Positions 43,717 through 51,133 of a DNA stretch of 64,000 nucleotides are shown here, piece after piece; the stretch's first letter is position 1, and each line of letters opens with the position of its first letter. This stretch comes from a virus. The notes under the pieces are model-generated. The model did not search any database. It saw nothing but the letters and a program-made list of their open reading frames with translations, and had not been told where the DNA came from. The stretch lies in the IMG/VR virus record IMGVR_UViG_3300009099_000001; one strand, written 5' to 3'. Made by a program: the position numbers and the translations under genes.

Positions 43717-43945
43717 CTATTTCACTTTGCCCCGCGTCCCGTGACGGCGTATCCGCCGCCCGCCCCGATTGTTTTTGTTTCGCCGCGTCGCTCCCCTCCT
43801 GCGGGCGAGTTTGTGTTTGCGCTTGTTTCCCGCGGTGTCAGGCTGCTTGTTCCCGCCGTCGTTGTGCTTTGGCCGCGGCCGCGGCGTGCTTGGCCGGATG
43901 CGCGGTCGGGTCCACGGCATCCGGGTCGGGCACATCATGCGTCAT
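43717..43945 (-). pseudogene. Frameshifted member of the Arg/Lys-rich family
   Basis: ATG 43945 behind AGGAGGAAAGC opens a 35-codon frame (MTHDVPDPDAVDPTAHPAKHAAAAAKAQRRREQAA). The family C-terminus (ARRRGATRRNKNNRGGRRIRR) continues in another frame (track ORF 43717-43938). Confidence 0.4.
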
Positions 43946-43974
43946 GCTTTCCTCCTATGCTGGATTTCGTCAGG

Positions 43975-44041
43975 GGCCTATTACGGGGATCGAACCCGCC
44001 GCCGTCCCAGGAACAGAGGGACTGCGCCGCCCAGGATAGGC
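43975..44041 (-). tRNA. tRNA-like gene, possible anticodon GUU (Asn-type), truncated D-arm
   Basis: Acceptor GCCTATC/AATAGGC (one C-A mismatch). Perfect anticodon stem GTCCC/GGGAC with loop T-CTGTTCC-T. T-arm GCGGG-TTCGATC-CCCGT. Only ~12 nt lie where the D-arm should be, so it may be a pseudogene. Confidence 0.3.
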
Positions 44042-44305
44042 CGCGTCGTCAGGGCACGATTTCAAGATGCTGGATTGAGGTCGTCATATGTGTGCTCCTG
44101 TAGTCCTGTGTTTCAATCCCCCGCCGCCGGGAATCGCTCCGGTCGTCGCCCCATATGACAACTCACGGACCCACGGCGGGGGAACCCTCTTCGTACCTTG
44201 CAGTACTGTCGCGAAACGGGGCGCTACCGTCTCCTATGCCCAGCGGAAATCAATAGGCACGGCCCTCCAGATGCCAGGATAAAACCAGGGCGACTTGGGC
44301 GCCCA

Positions 44306-44377
44306 CAGTCCCGGCGGGAGTCGAACCCGCTACCCTGCGCGATACAGACGCCCATGCAGCCGTTACACTTCGGGACT
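44306..44377 (-). tRNA. tRNA, anticodon GUA (Tyr-type, short variable arm), non-canonical U37
   Basis: Acceptor AGTCCCG/CGGGACT, D-arm GTGT-AACGGCT-GCAT. Anticodon stem GGCGT/GCGCA, loop CTGTATC. T-arm GCGGG-TTCGACT-CCCGC. The 5' end abuts the stop codon of 44378-44818. Confidence 0.55.
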
Positions 44378-44818
44378 TCATTCGGTCTCCTGCTGCGGAA
44401 ACGACGGCGGTAGATTGCGCACAATGCGCACAGTCTCCACACTGAGAGCGATCAGACGTCGCAGATGGTCAATCAACCTTGCCGGCTCGTCGGCGAACCA
44501 GGCGTTGGGGTCATTCACGATCCCGCTCTCCTTGTCTTGACGGATGTAGAGGCGATCCCGTGCCCAATCCAACGGCGAGCGACCATTGACGATATAGGCA
44601 TGAGCGTCGTCGGGAATGTCTCGCAGCGTGACATGCGGCGTTACGTGCAGCACACTGCGGTCAGCATTGCGTCGCCAATCGTGCCCGCAATCCCGTTGCT
44701 GCTGCTCAGCCGCACAAAGGGCACAGCCCCACCGCATCGGACGCATACCCAGACGATACGGCTCGACGGCATCGGGATCGACTTCCAGGCGCATAGGGCG
44801 CGGTGTCGATTGGGTCAC
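44378..44818 (-). CDS. Stand-alone protein resembling the distal part of the Type ISP restriction-enzyme C-terminal specificity domain
   Basis: 146 aa with GTG start in a GTGA overlap. YIVNGRSPLDWARDRLYIRQDKESGIVNDPNAWF...LIALSVETVRIVRNLP. Confidence 0.5.
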   Translation of the reverse strand: MTQSTPRPMRLEVDPDAVEPYRLGMRPMRWGCALCAAEQQQRDCGHDWRRNADRSVLHVTPHVTLRDIPDDAHAYIVNGRSPLDWARDRLYIRQDKESGIVNDPNAWFADEPARLIDHLRRLIALSVETVRIVRNLPPSFPQQETE

Positions 44819-45258
44819 AGCAACCTGGCTTGGGTTACTTCACCGATAGCGGCGTGATCTAGAGATCGATAGATGTCTTCGATATGCACGAGTGAGTCAT
44901 ACTGACACCAAGCAGTCTGAATCTGCTTCCAGTGTTTGCCGTCAGCGGGAAAATGCACCTTCACCCAATCTCGCTGCGCGTCGTAATCCCCCTCCAACTC
45001 TACGACAAGCCAATCCTGAAACGTCCGTGAAGGTTGCATCAGCGCCGTCTCGGGCGGCAGCACGAAATAAGGGCCCCGCCGAGGATCCAACCGGGAGTTA
45101 AACTCTATGATCGCGCGTTTGACTTGCGCAGTGAGCTGCGCCTTGTCGTAATTCCACAGCCACGCGTCGCAGTTGGTCTTAACCCCGTTGGAAAAGCACC
45201 GAAATACGGCTCCGCCTGATGCTGTTTCCTGAACACTTTTTATGGTAGACATCCGCAC
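44815..45258 (-). CDS. Stand-alone protein resembling the proximal part of the Type ISP C-terminal domain (paralogue 2)
   Basis: 147 aa. VFRCFSNGVKTNCDAWLWNYDKAQL...IIEFNSRL...FQDWLVVE. Paralogous to 45264-45710. Confidence 0.45.
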   Translation of the reverse strand: MRMSTIKSVQETASGGAVFRCFSNGVKTNCDAWLWNYDKAQLTAQVKRAIIEFNSRLDPRRGPYFVLPPETALMQPSRTFQDWLVVELEGDYDAQRDWVKVHFPADGKHWKQIQTAWCQYDSLVHIEDIYRSLDHAAIGEVTQARLL

Positions 45259-45263
45259 ACTAT

Positions 45264-45710
45264 TTATAGCAACGGATCTTGGCGCAAGACCCCGGCCGCT
45301 GTTTGGTCTAAGGCGTTCAGCACCGCCTTCATGGGTACGAGATCCTCAAAGCGACACCACCCTGTAGATGTGTTTGTCCAATGCCGCCCGTCTGCCGCAA
45401 ACCTCACTTCGACTGCATCGCGTGTGCGGTCGTAACCGCCTACGATTTCCACGATCAGCCAATCTGCAAAATTCCGCGCCGGATGAGAGATGTAGGCATT
45501 GGGAGGCAGCATCCAATGGCTTCCCCAACACGCATCCAGAGCTGCGTTGTAGGCCACGATTTGCGCTTTGGTCTGAACCGTCTGGGCACCGAGATCATAG
45601 TTCCAAACCCACGCGTCGTTGTTTGTGCATACGCCTCGACTATAGACACGGAAAATCACGTTGGGGTTAAGGGCTTCTTCCCGGGCCTGAGATAGCGACT
45701 TCTTCGGCAT
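45264..45710 (-). CDS. Stand-alone protein resembling the proximal part of the Type ISP C-terminal domain (paralogue 1)
   Basis: 148 aa. IFRVYSRGVCTNNDAWVWNYDLGAQ...IVAYNAAL...FADWLIVE. Starts 3 nt after the csf3-like stop. Confidence 0.45.
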   Translation of the reverse strand: MPKKSLSQAREEALNPNVIFRVYSRGVCTNNDAWVWNYDLGAQTVQTKAQIVAYNAALDACWGSHWMLPPNAYISHPARNFADWLIVEIVGGYDRTRDAVEVRFAADGRHWTNTSTGWCRFEDLVPMKAVLNALDQTAAGVLRQDPLL

Positions 45711-45713
45711 CGT

Positions 45714-46532
45714 CTACAACTCCCGCATAGCCCCTAGCCAGTCCATATCGGCGGCTTCGTCCAAATGCATGACGGGCCGGGGGTTGTCCGTCCCGTCATG
45801 GGGCACGTCTTCCGCCCCGACCAACTGTCGGGCCGTGCGATACGGGCTGGGCCGGCAATAGGCGAACCAGGGCAGATGCCAGTAGGGGGGCGTCCACGGC
45901 AGATATTGATAGACGGGCGGGAAGACGTCGAAATCGTCGCCCCGGATGTCTCGGCCATGCAGATGCGCAAAGGGCACGGTACGTCCCGTCAGAACCAAAT
46001 CTCCCGCATCCGTGGGTGCTTGGATAGGCGCCACCTGCCATTGGGCGACGCGGCCACGGCCCGCCTTGGCATCGGCGCCGACATAGGTGATGATTTGGAG
46101 TTCCGCCTGCAAGCGTTCCGGGTCGGCGAGAGCCAAGCACCCGATACGGGCAGTATGCGTCAAGCGGCGGCTCAACCGCTTCACCTTCCAGCGGCCCACC
46201 TTTTTCTGGACATTGCGCTGGCCGGGCCGTACCCGATGCATGCGATAGTCGGGGATACGGGTATGGGTGTAGACCGTGGAGTGCGTCACGGGCGTCTCGG
46301 GGACCAAAGGCGTACATGCCCAGAGAGGTTTGCCCTCAAGGGTATCCCGCAAGAACAAGGAGGGCAAATCGACAATCTGCAACCCGGCCTGCTGTGTGGA
46401 ACGGTCGAAGTAGAGGAATGACAGCATGCTGTCCAACTGCAGACTGTCTGCCGGGGCGTGCGTAATGTACGGCGTGATGAGCCGGGCTTGCACGTGTACG
46501 AGGGTGAAGGTCTGGGCACCTTGGAGAGACAT
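45714..46532 (-). CDS. csf3: Cas5-like RAMP protein (Csf3-like), type IV
   Basis: 272 aa. N-terminal beta-strand FTLVHVQARLITP, LDSMLSF, glycine-rich loop GADAKAGRGRVAQW. 1-nt TGATG overlap with the cysH-like gene. Confidence 0.55.
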   Translation of the reverse strand: MSLQGAQTFTLVHVQARLITPYITHAPADSLQLDSMLSFLYFDRSTQQAGLQIVDLPSLFLRDTLEGKPLWACTPLVPETPVTHSTVYTHTRIPDYRMHRVRPGQRNVQKKVGRWKVKRLSRRLTHTARIGCLALADPERLQAELQIITYVGADAKAGRGRVAQWQVAPIQAPTDAGDLVLTGRTVPFAHLHGRDIRGDDFDVFPPVYQYLPWTPPYWHLPWFAYCRPSPYRTARQLVGAEDVPHDGTDNPRPVMHLDEAADMDWLGAMREL

Positions 46533-47296
46533 CAGAATGGCGTATAGCCCGACTCGAACTTTTTCATGTCAGGTACCCGCTGCAATACGGCGGTCCAGGT
46601 CTGAGGCCACAGTTGACGAATGGCATCCACGGCCCCTGCTTGGATGGCGGGCAAATAGGTGAAGGGGCCGACTCGCTGTCGCTCCGGGGGAATGCCGGCA
46701 GCGCGCATGCGGTCGTACACGGCATTGTAGGGCACGGCATAGGCCGCCAGATAGGCCCAGATATCCGTGTCGGTCCAATCGTGCAACGGATTGCATACCA
46801 GCTGCGTAGATTTCCGCTGATACGCCGGTCCATGTCGCACGAAATGCCACGCCCGGTCTTGCGACTCGGTAGCCCGCAGTCCTAGCAACAAGCCTCGATA
46901 CCCCAACCGCACCCCGAGGGGCACGCCGTTGGGTTCCATGACCTGCAACGGCGGGTCAGGGTCGGGCGGCGGCCAATGGTCGAATTCCACGCCCGGCGCA
47001 ATCTCGTACCGCTGACGCACGGCCACATGGTGCAACAACGGCGTCTGGGCGACGAAGCGCCGGGTCTCGGGCAACACCGTGAACTCTTCGTCCTGATAGA
47101 GACCCGGCAATTGAGGGTCGATTTGGCGGGCCATGTGCAGCAGCACCGTGCTGTCCTTGCCGCCGGAAAAGGCAACTACGGTATCCGGGGTCTCGGCCAA
47201 GTGCGTACGGAGCAGGTCTTGGGCTTGCTGTACGCGCCGCCGGAAGAGATCCGTGCGGCTATGGGCTTGATAGCCGAGTCGGGTCAAACGGTCCAT
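46532..47296 (-). CDS. CysH-like PAPS reductase family protein (type IV-B accessory)
   Basis: 254 aa from ATG 47296, 2 nt after the csf2-like stop. Canonical PP-loop VVAFSGGKDSTVLLHMA. The 373-aa track ORF start is rejected. Confidence 0.7.
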   Translation of the reverse strand: MDRLTRLGYQAHSRTDLFRRRVQQAQDLLRTHLAETPDTVVAFSGGKDSTVLLHMARQIDPQLPGLYQDEEFTVLPETRRFVAQTPLLHHVAVRQRYEIAPGVEFDHWPPPDPDPPLQVMEPNGVPLGVRLGYRGLLLGLRATESQDRAWHFVRHGPAYQRKSTQLVCNPLHDWTDTDIWAYLAAYAVPYNAVYDRMRAAGIPPERQRVGPFTYLPAIQAGAVDAIRQLWPQTWTAVLQRVPDMKKFESGYTPF

Positions 47297-47298
47297 CG

Positions 47299-48144
47299 TC
47301 AGCTCAACTGCACGCGGTCCGTACCGAGGGTCCCGTCCAATAGGCCCTGCTGCATGGCGGCGTGATGCGTAGCGAGATGGTCCTGCCACGGGCCGATGTC
47401 CGTCGGCCCCTCCAACTGCTGCCAATGCACGCGGCCCCGACCCTGGCTGGCCCGCGCCCCGATGTATTGGTCCCAGGCTTGCAGTGCTGCCCTGCCCGCG
47501 GCGACGACTGCCGGCGTAGACCAGCGGTCGAAGAGCAGCTCGACCCAGATCTGGGTGCCGGCGGCCAACGTCTCGTACTGAAACAGCATTTGATTGCCGC
47601 TGGCGACGTCGCCCGTGCCCCGGGTGCGCACTTCGTCTTGGACCAGATCCCAAATGCTGATATCGGGCACCTCGAGTTCGGGGGCCAGCAGTCCCAATTT
47701 TTCTTGATTTTCCCGACAGACGACCAGAGCCAACACTTTGAGGTCGCTGCGGGGGAGCAGGAACGCGTCTACGCTGCCGCCGAGCAGCCGGAAGTTCGGA
47801 TAGAGATCGAAGATCTGTTGGGCGTACTCGTTTTCCGCCGCCGGCGCCTTGCTGCCCTGCTTGAGCGAGCCGCCGGCATACAGCAGATTGACCGCACTCT
47901 GGCTCAAGCCGCCCACCGGAATTTCCAGCTGTTGCAGCAGCCTGTCGGCCAAAGGCGTGCGCAGCATGACGCTGCGCAAGGCGTTGGCCGACAGGCAGGG
48001 CATGCGCACGGGTACGCCGTCAATCACCTCCAGTTGCCGCATAAAGAGCGTGGTGTTGCCTTGGGTGGACAGCGTATCGCCGTGGGCCACCGGGGAAAGG
48101 GTTTCGAGCCGCAGCGTGATACGCGGCGGGGCTTCCAGGGTCAT
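47299..48144 (-). CDS. csf2: Cas7-like RAMP protein (Csf2-like), type IV
   Basis: 281 aa. ITLRLETLSPVAHGD, MPCLSANALRSVMLR, FRLLGGS, C-terminal G-rich loop ARASQGRGRVHW. ATGA overlap with the cas11-like gene. Confidence 0.6.
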   Translation of the reverse strand: MTLEAPPRITLRLETLSPVAHGDTLSTQGNTTLFMRQLEVIDGVPVRMPCLSANALRSVMLRTPLADRLLQQLEIPVGGLSQSAVNLLYAGGSLKQGSKAPAAENEYAQQIFDLYPNFRLLGGSVDAFLLPRSDLKVLALVVCRENQEKLGLLAPELEVPDISIWDLVQDEVRTRGTGDVASGNQMLFQYETLAAGTQIWVELLFDRWSTPAVVAAGRAALQAWDQYIGARASQGRGRVHWQQLEGPTDIGPWQDHLATHHAAMQQGLLDGTLGTDRVQLS

Positions 48145-48533
48145 GAGGCGTCGTCTCCTTGGCGGCGTTGCCGCTTGTGGGTATCGTGGACATGCCGCGC
48201 CAACAGGATCAACGTCTGCGTCTGGGTCCGGTACAGTTGCAGCGCATCGGGCGACAGGTCACGTAACAGGGCGAGCAGCGTTTCGGGGCGACCCGCCGCC
48301 GGCCAACGCATATGCGCCGCCAGCTTGTCCCAGAAAAGACGGGGCCGGTCGCTCTGCAAAGCCGCAATGCGTACCCGGTCTTCGAGCCGCACGAAGCGGG
48401 TAGGACCCTCGAGCACGCCCACTCCGTCGTAGGTGTTGTACTGGTCGAGGGCATAGGCCAGCAGGGACACGGCTTGTTGTTCCGGCGGCGTCAAATCGGC
48501 AGTCAGGTCGGTGTCAAGGTCACTAATGTTCAC
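48141..48533 (-). CDS. cas11: Cas11-like small subunit (by position, size and helical composition)
   Basis: 130 aa with GTG start. Helical, basic C-terminus. Sits between the csf1-like and csf2-like genes. Confidence 0.45.
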   Translation of the reverse strand: MNISDLDTDLTADLTPPEQQAVSLLAYALDQYNTYDGVGVLEGPTRFVRLEDRVRIAALQSDRPRLFWDKLAAHMRWPAAGRPETLLALLRDLSPDALQLYRTQTQTLILLARHVHDTHKRQRRQGDDAS

Positions 48534-48638
48534 TTTCGGATTCCTTGGTTCAGTGTTTCACCGGTGTCTGCCCGACCAGAGTCGGCTTGTACGACACCTC
48601 CCCACCTAACGACGCCGTGACACGCGCCGGAACTGAGC

Positions 48639-49346
48639 CTACTCCTCGGCATAGGCCATGAGCAACGCGGGGATGAAATCGGCGTCGTCGCGGCGGGCTG
48701 CCACTTGCATGGCGTCGGCTTCGTGGCGCCAGCGCAGATAGCGGGCCGGCGTCTTCCATTGCCCGCGCAATTCGCTCTTCGTCACGCCCTGCGCCAGCAA
48801 CCGGCTCATGCGCTGTACGAGGTCGTCTGTGCGCTGGGGATGCAGGGCGATGCGCTGCGAGATGTCGTAATGCAGCGCATGCACGTATACAGCGGCCTGA
48901 GACGTGAATTCGACCAACGGCCACAACCGCGGTTTGGTGTCTGCCGTCATCAAGCCCGCCCCGTAGCAACGAGGCGTCATGGTCGGCAAGAGCGTTTTCC
49001 ATGTCACCCTGTCGGGGTGCGGTGCGAACGTCGGCCAGACCACCGACCCGTCCTGTACCCAGAACGAGCGATTGCTGGTCATGCCTTTGGCTTTGGTATG
49101 CCCATAGAACCAGGCACACGCGGGGCAGATGTACCGGCTGAAGCGCAGATTTTCCGCATGCCGGGTGAAGGTGGACGTCTCGATTTGGGTCACGGGCACG
49201 GCTTGCGCCGTAGGCCGGCCACAGGTCGCACAAGGCGTATCCGGGGGCACGTCTTCCGGCTGATGTTTCGCCGCCAGGGGCGGGCAGCCCAAGGCTTCCC
49301 AGACGGCCTGGGATACGGAACGGGGCAACGCGGAAGACGACAGCAT
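48639..49346 (-). CDS. csf1: Csf1-like large subunit (two CxxC pairs), type IV
   Basis: 235 aa. PCATCGR...YICPACAWFYG zinc-ribbon-like pairs near the N-terminus. First gene behind its own promoter. Confidence 0.5.
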   Translation of the reverse strand: MLSSSALPRSVSQAVWEALGCPPLAAKHQPEDVPPDTPCATCGRPTAQAVPVTQIETSTFTRHAENLRFSRYICPACAWFYGHTKAKGMTSNRSFWVQDGSVVWPTFAPHPDRVTWKTLLPTMTPRCYGAGLMTADTKPRLWPLVEFTSQAAVYVHALHYDISQRIALHPQRTDDLVQRMSRLLAQGVTKSELRGQWKTPARYLRWRHEADAMQVAARRDDADFIPALLMAYAEE

Positions 49347-49351
49347 AGCCC

Positions 49352-49379
49352 TTTATAGCATACAATCGCCGAGGATCAA
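49352..49379 (-). promoter_or_regulatory. Promoter of the type IV-B-like operon (TTGATC-N16-TGC-TATAAA), near-leaderless
   Basis: -35 at 49374-49379, extended -10 TGcTATAAA with hexamer at 49352-49357. ATG 49346 lies only 5 nt downstream, with no SD. Confidence 0.5.
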
Positions 49380-49398
49380 AATCAGCCTAGGAACCCGA

Positions 49399-49426
49399 CC
49401 AGGCCCCCGGCATTGCCGGGGCCTGG
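49399..49426 (-). terminator. Hairpin (weak terminator) separating the upstream operon from the csf1 promoter
   Basis: CCAGGCCCCGG-CAATG-CCGGGGGCCTGG with one bulge. The U-tract is distant. Confidence 0.35.
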
Positions 49427-49443
49427 GTCCGTGGGGCAGCCGC

Positions 49444-49893
49444 TCAGGGCTCGGCATAGCGCGCCTTCAGGGAGGGACAAATCAGCTGAGACCAGATTTT
49501 CGTATGCAGCGCACTCGCTGCGGCGAGGCCCCGTTGCAAGTCTTTGCCGTCGATATGCGGCGCAACCCGCCACCCCACACAACGCAGCCGCGGCTTCTCG
49601 GGCTGGAGCGCGAGCAAAGGACAGGGGATACCCGGCGGCGACCAGGGATCGTGCCCTAGCCGCAGCCACCACCCCGTGTACGACAGCTGGCGGCTCGCAT
49701 GCGGCGACAGCAGATAGGTCAGCACGGCGTCGAGACTGGTCTCCAAATACCTGATATGACTCTCGGGACACGTACCTGTCGAGTCACCGTCGACGAGGCG
49801 TATTTCGGGCGACATCGTGAGCGCGTTGAACAAGCCGGCGTCGTTCCGCCCACCAGTGCCCCAGCGCCAAACAGCAGGAATGTGCGTCAGCAT
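49444..49893 (-). CDS. Hypothetical protein
   Basis: 149 aa from ATG 49893, which overlaps the upstream stop (ATGCTGA). Confidence 0.5.
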   Translation of the reverse strand: MLTHIPAVWRWGTGGRNDAGLFNALTMSPEIRLVDGDSTGTCPESHIRYLETSLDAVLTYLLSPHASRQLSYTGWWLRLGHDPWSPPGIPCPLLALQPEKPRLRCVGWRVAPHIDGKDLQRGLAAASALHTKIWSQLICPSLKARYAEP

Positions 49894-50387
49894 CGGGGAC
49901 TCTCCGCGGTATACAGGCCGCCCGTCAGATCGTCCAAATGCACCTTGAGGGCCCAGGCCAGTTGCGTCCAATCCCACGGCGCTCGGTCTTCCAACAGGGC
50001 CAAGGGGACATGGCTCTGCAACCGCGGGTAGCGGCGTTGCGCTCCTGCCATGCGGCGCGTACGCAAGCGCATGACGTCGCCGCGCATCTGGCCCCGGAGG
50101 GGACGCTCCCAATCCTGCGTGAGGCGCATCTCCAGCGAGTGGACGCAGATCGGCATCGTGAAAGGGTCCCAATGCCCGATCCGAAAATCCCGCAAGGCTT
50201 GGCGCGCCGGCGGACGGGGTCGATACTCTCCGGTACGCAGCTGCTGCCAACGCACTCCGAGGAAGTCACAGGCCGCGCCCGTGACGTCGTAACTGTCGCT
50301 CTGGCGATAGGCCCCGTAGCCGCGCTGCCACCGCCCGGCTTGCAACTCGCCCAAAAAAGTGCGCCAAAGCGCATAGGCGTTGTCCAT
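49887..50387 (-). CDS. Hypothetical protein (paralogue of 51957-52475)
   Basis: 166 aa with leader ACACAGGAGGCACT. Shared W..FL..L..GRW, DF.GV.WQ, AWA...LD..TGG.Y blocks. Confidence 0.6.
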   Translation of the reverse strand: MDNAYALWRTFLGELQAGRWQRGYGAYRQSDSYDVTGAACDFLGVRWQQLRTGEYRPRPPARQALRDFRIGHWDPFTMPICVHSLEMRLTQDWERPLRGQMRGDVMRLRTRRMAGAQRRYPRLQSHVPLALLEDRAPWDWTQLAWALKVHLDDLTGGLYTAESPRC

Positions 50388-50415
50388 AGTGCCTCCTGTG
50401 TTATGGGGTTCTACG

Positions 50416-50447
50416 CGCTCAAGCCCGGCTTCCTGCCGGGCTGAGCG
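50416..50447 (-). other. Intergenic long hairpin with SD-like loop (family member)
   Basis: CGCTCAGCCCGG-CAGGAAG-CCGGGCTTGAGCG (about 13 bp). Confidence 0.5.
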
Positions 50448-50462
50448 TGTAAATAAGGCGGC

Positions 50463-51101
50463 CTACCGTGAGCGCAACGAGCGCAGTATGCCCTTGGCGG
50501 CCATTGCGTTCTCGTAGGCATCGATAAGCTTTGCCTCAGGCCAGGTCTCTGCACCCTCCGCTTGCAATGTTTGCATCACCGCCGTATGGGCTGCTACATG
50601 ATGGTCCAGTGTGGCGTCAAAGGGTTCAGGCTGAACCTGCGGGGACGTGATACCCGCGGGTTCGACCGCCACTTCTTGCACTTGGCGTCCCTGGAGATTG
50701 TATGCGCCACCCAGATACGTTACGACGTACGCTTCGCCCTCAATCGCAACCTCATCGCCTACAGTCAGAGACCCTGCGTCTACGACAGACCCTACAATTG
50801 ATGGCAAGGTAGTGGGTTTAGCTGGGGCCGGGGCTTGTGCTTGCTCGAAACGGGCCGCTGAGCCTTCATCCATCAGCGCGACCACCAATTTGGTGTTCCC
50901 GTTGCCGTATTCCATCCACTCGACGAGGCAAGCGATCCGGTGCGTGCGGGACTCGCCGGATTTCGTAACCACTACAATTTCGCGGCCTGGTGTCCATTCG
51001 TCGGCTATGCCGAGATCGGGACCGTAAGCACTTGCGCCCCACTCTTCCCAACTGCTCAAGTTGTCGGATTCGATGCGGCGGTAACTGAACTGGATGCTCA
51101 T
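50463..51101 (-). CDS. Hypothetical protein (WTPGR-domain paralogue family)
   Basis: 212 aa. DEWTPGREIVVVTKSGESRTHRIACLVEWMEY aligns with 5475-5879. Confidence 0.65.
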   Translation of the reverse strand: MSIQFSYRRIESDNLSSWEEWGASAYGPDLGIADEWTPGREIVVVTKSGESRTHRIACLVEWMEYGNGNTKLVVALMDEGSAARFEQAQAPAPAKPTTLPSIVGSVVDAGSLTVGDEVAIEGEAYVVTYLGGAYNLQGRQVQEVAVEPAGITSPQVQPEPFDATLDHHVAAHTAVMQTLQAEGAETWPEAKLIDAYENAMAAKGILRSLRSR

Positions 51102-51133
51102 GAGTAACTCCTGTGTGTGCGACTATACTCTTA

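Noticed and set aside
44118-44182. 65-nt element with a 9-bp terminal stem (CCCCCGCCG/CGGCGGGGG) and a T-arm-like CCGG-AGCGATTC-CCGG, considered as a fifth tRNA (hoped-for His/GUG)
   Set aside because: It has no D-arm, no anticodon arm that folds, and a T-loop lacking the invariant TTC. It may be a degenerate tRNA relic or another structured RNA, and cannot be called.
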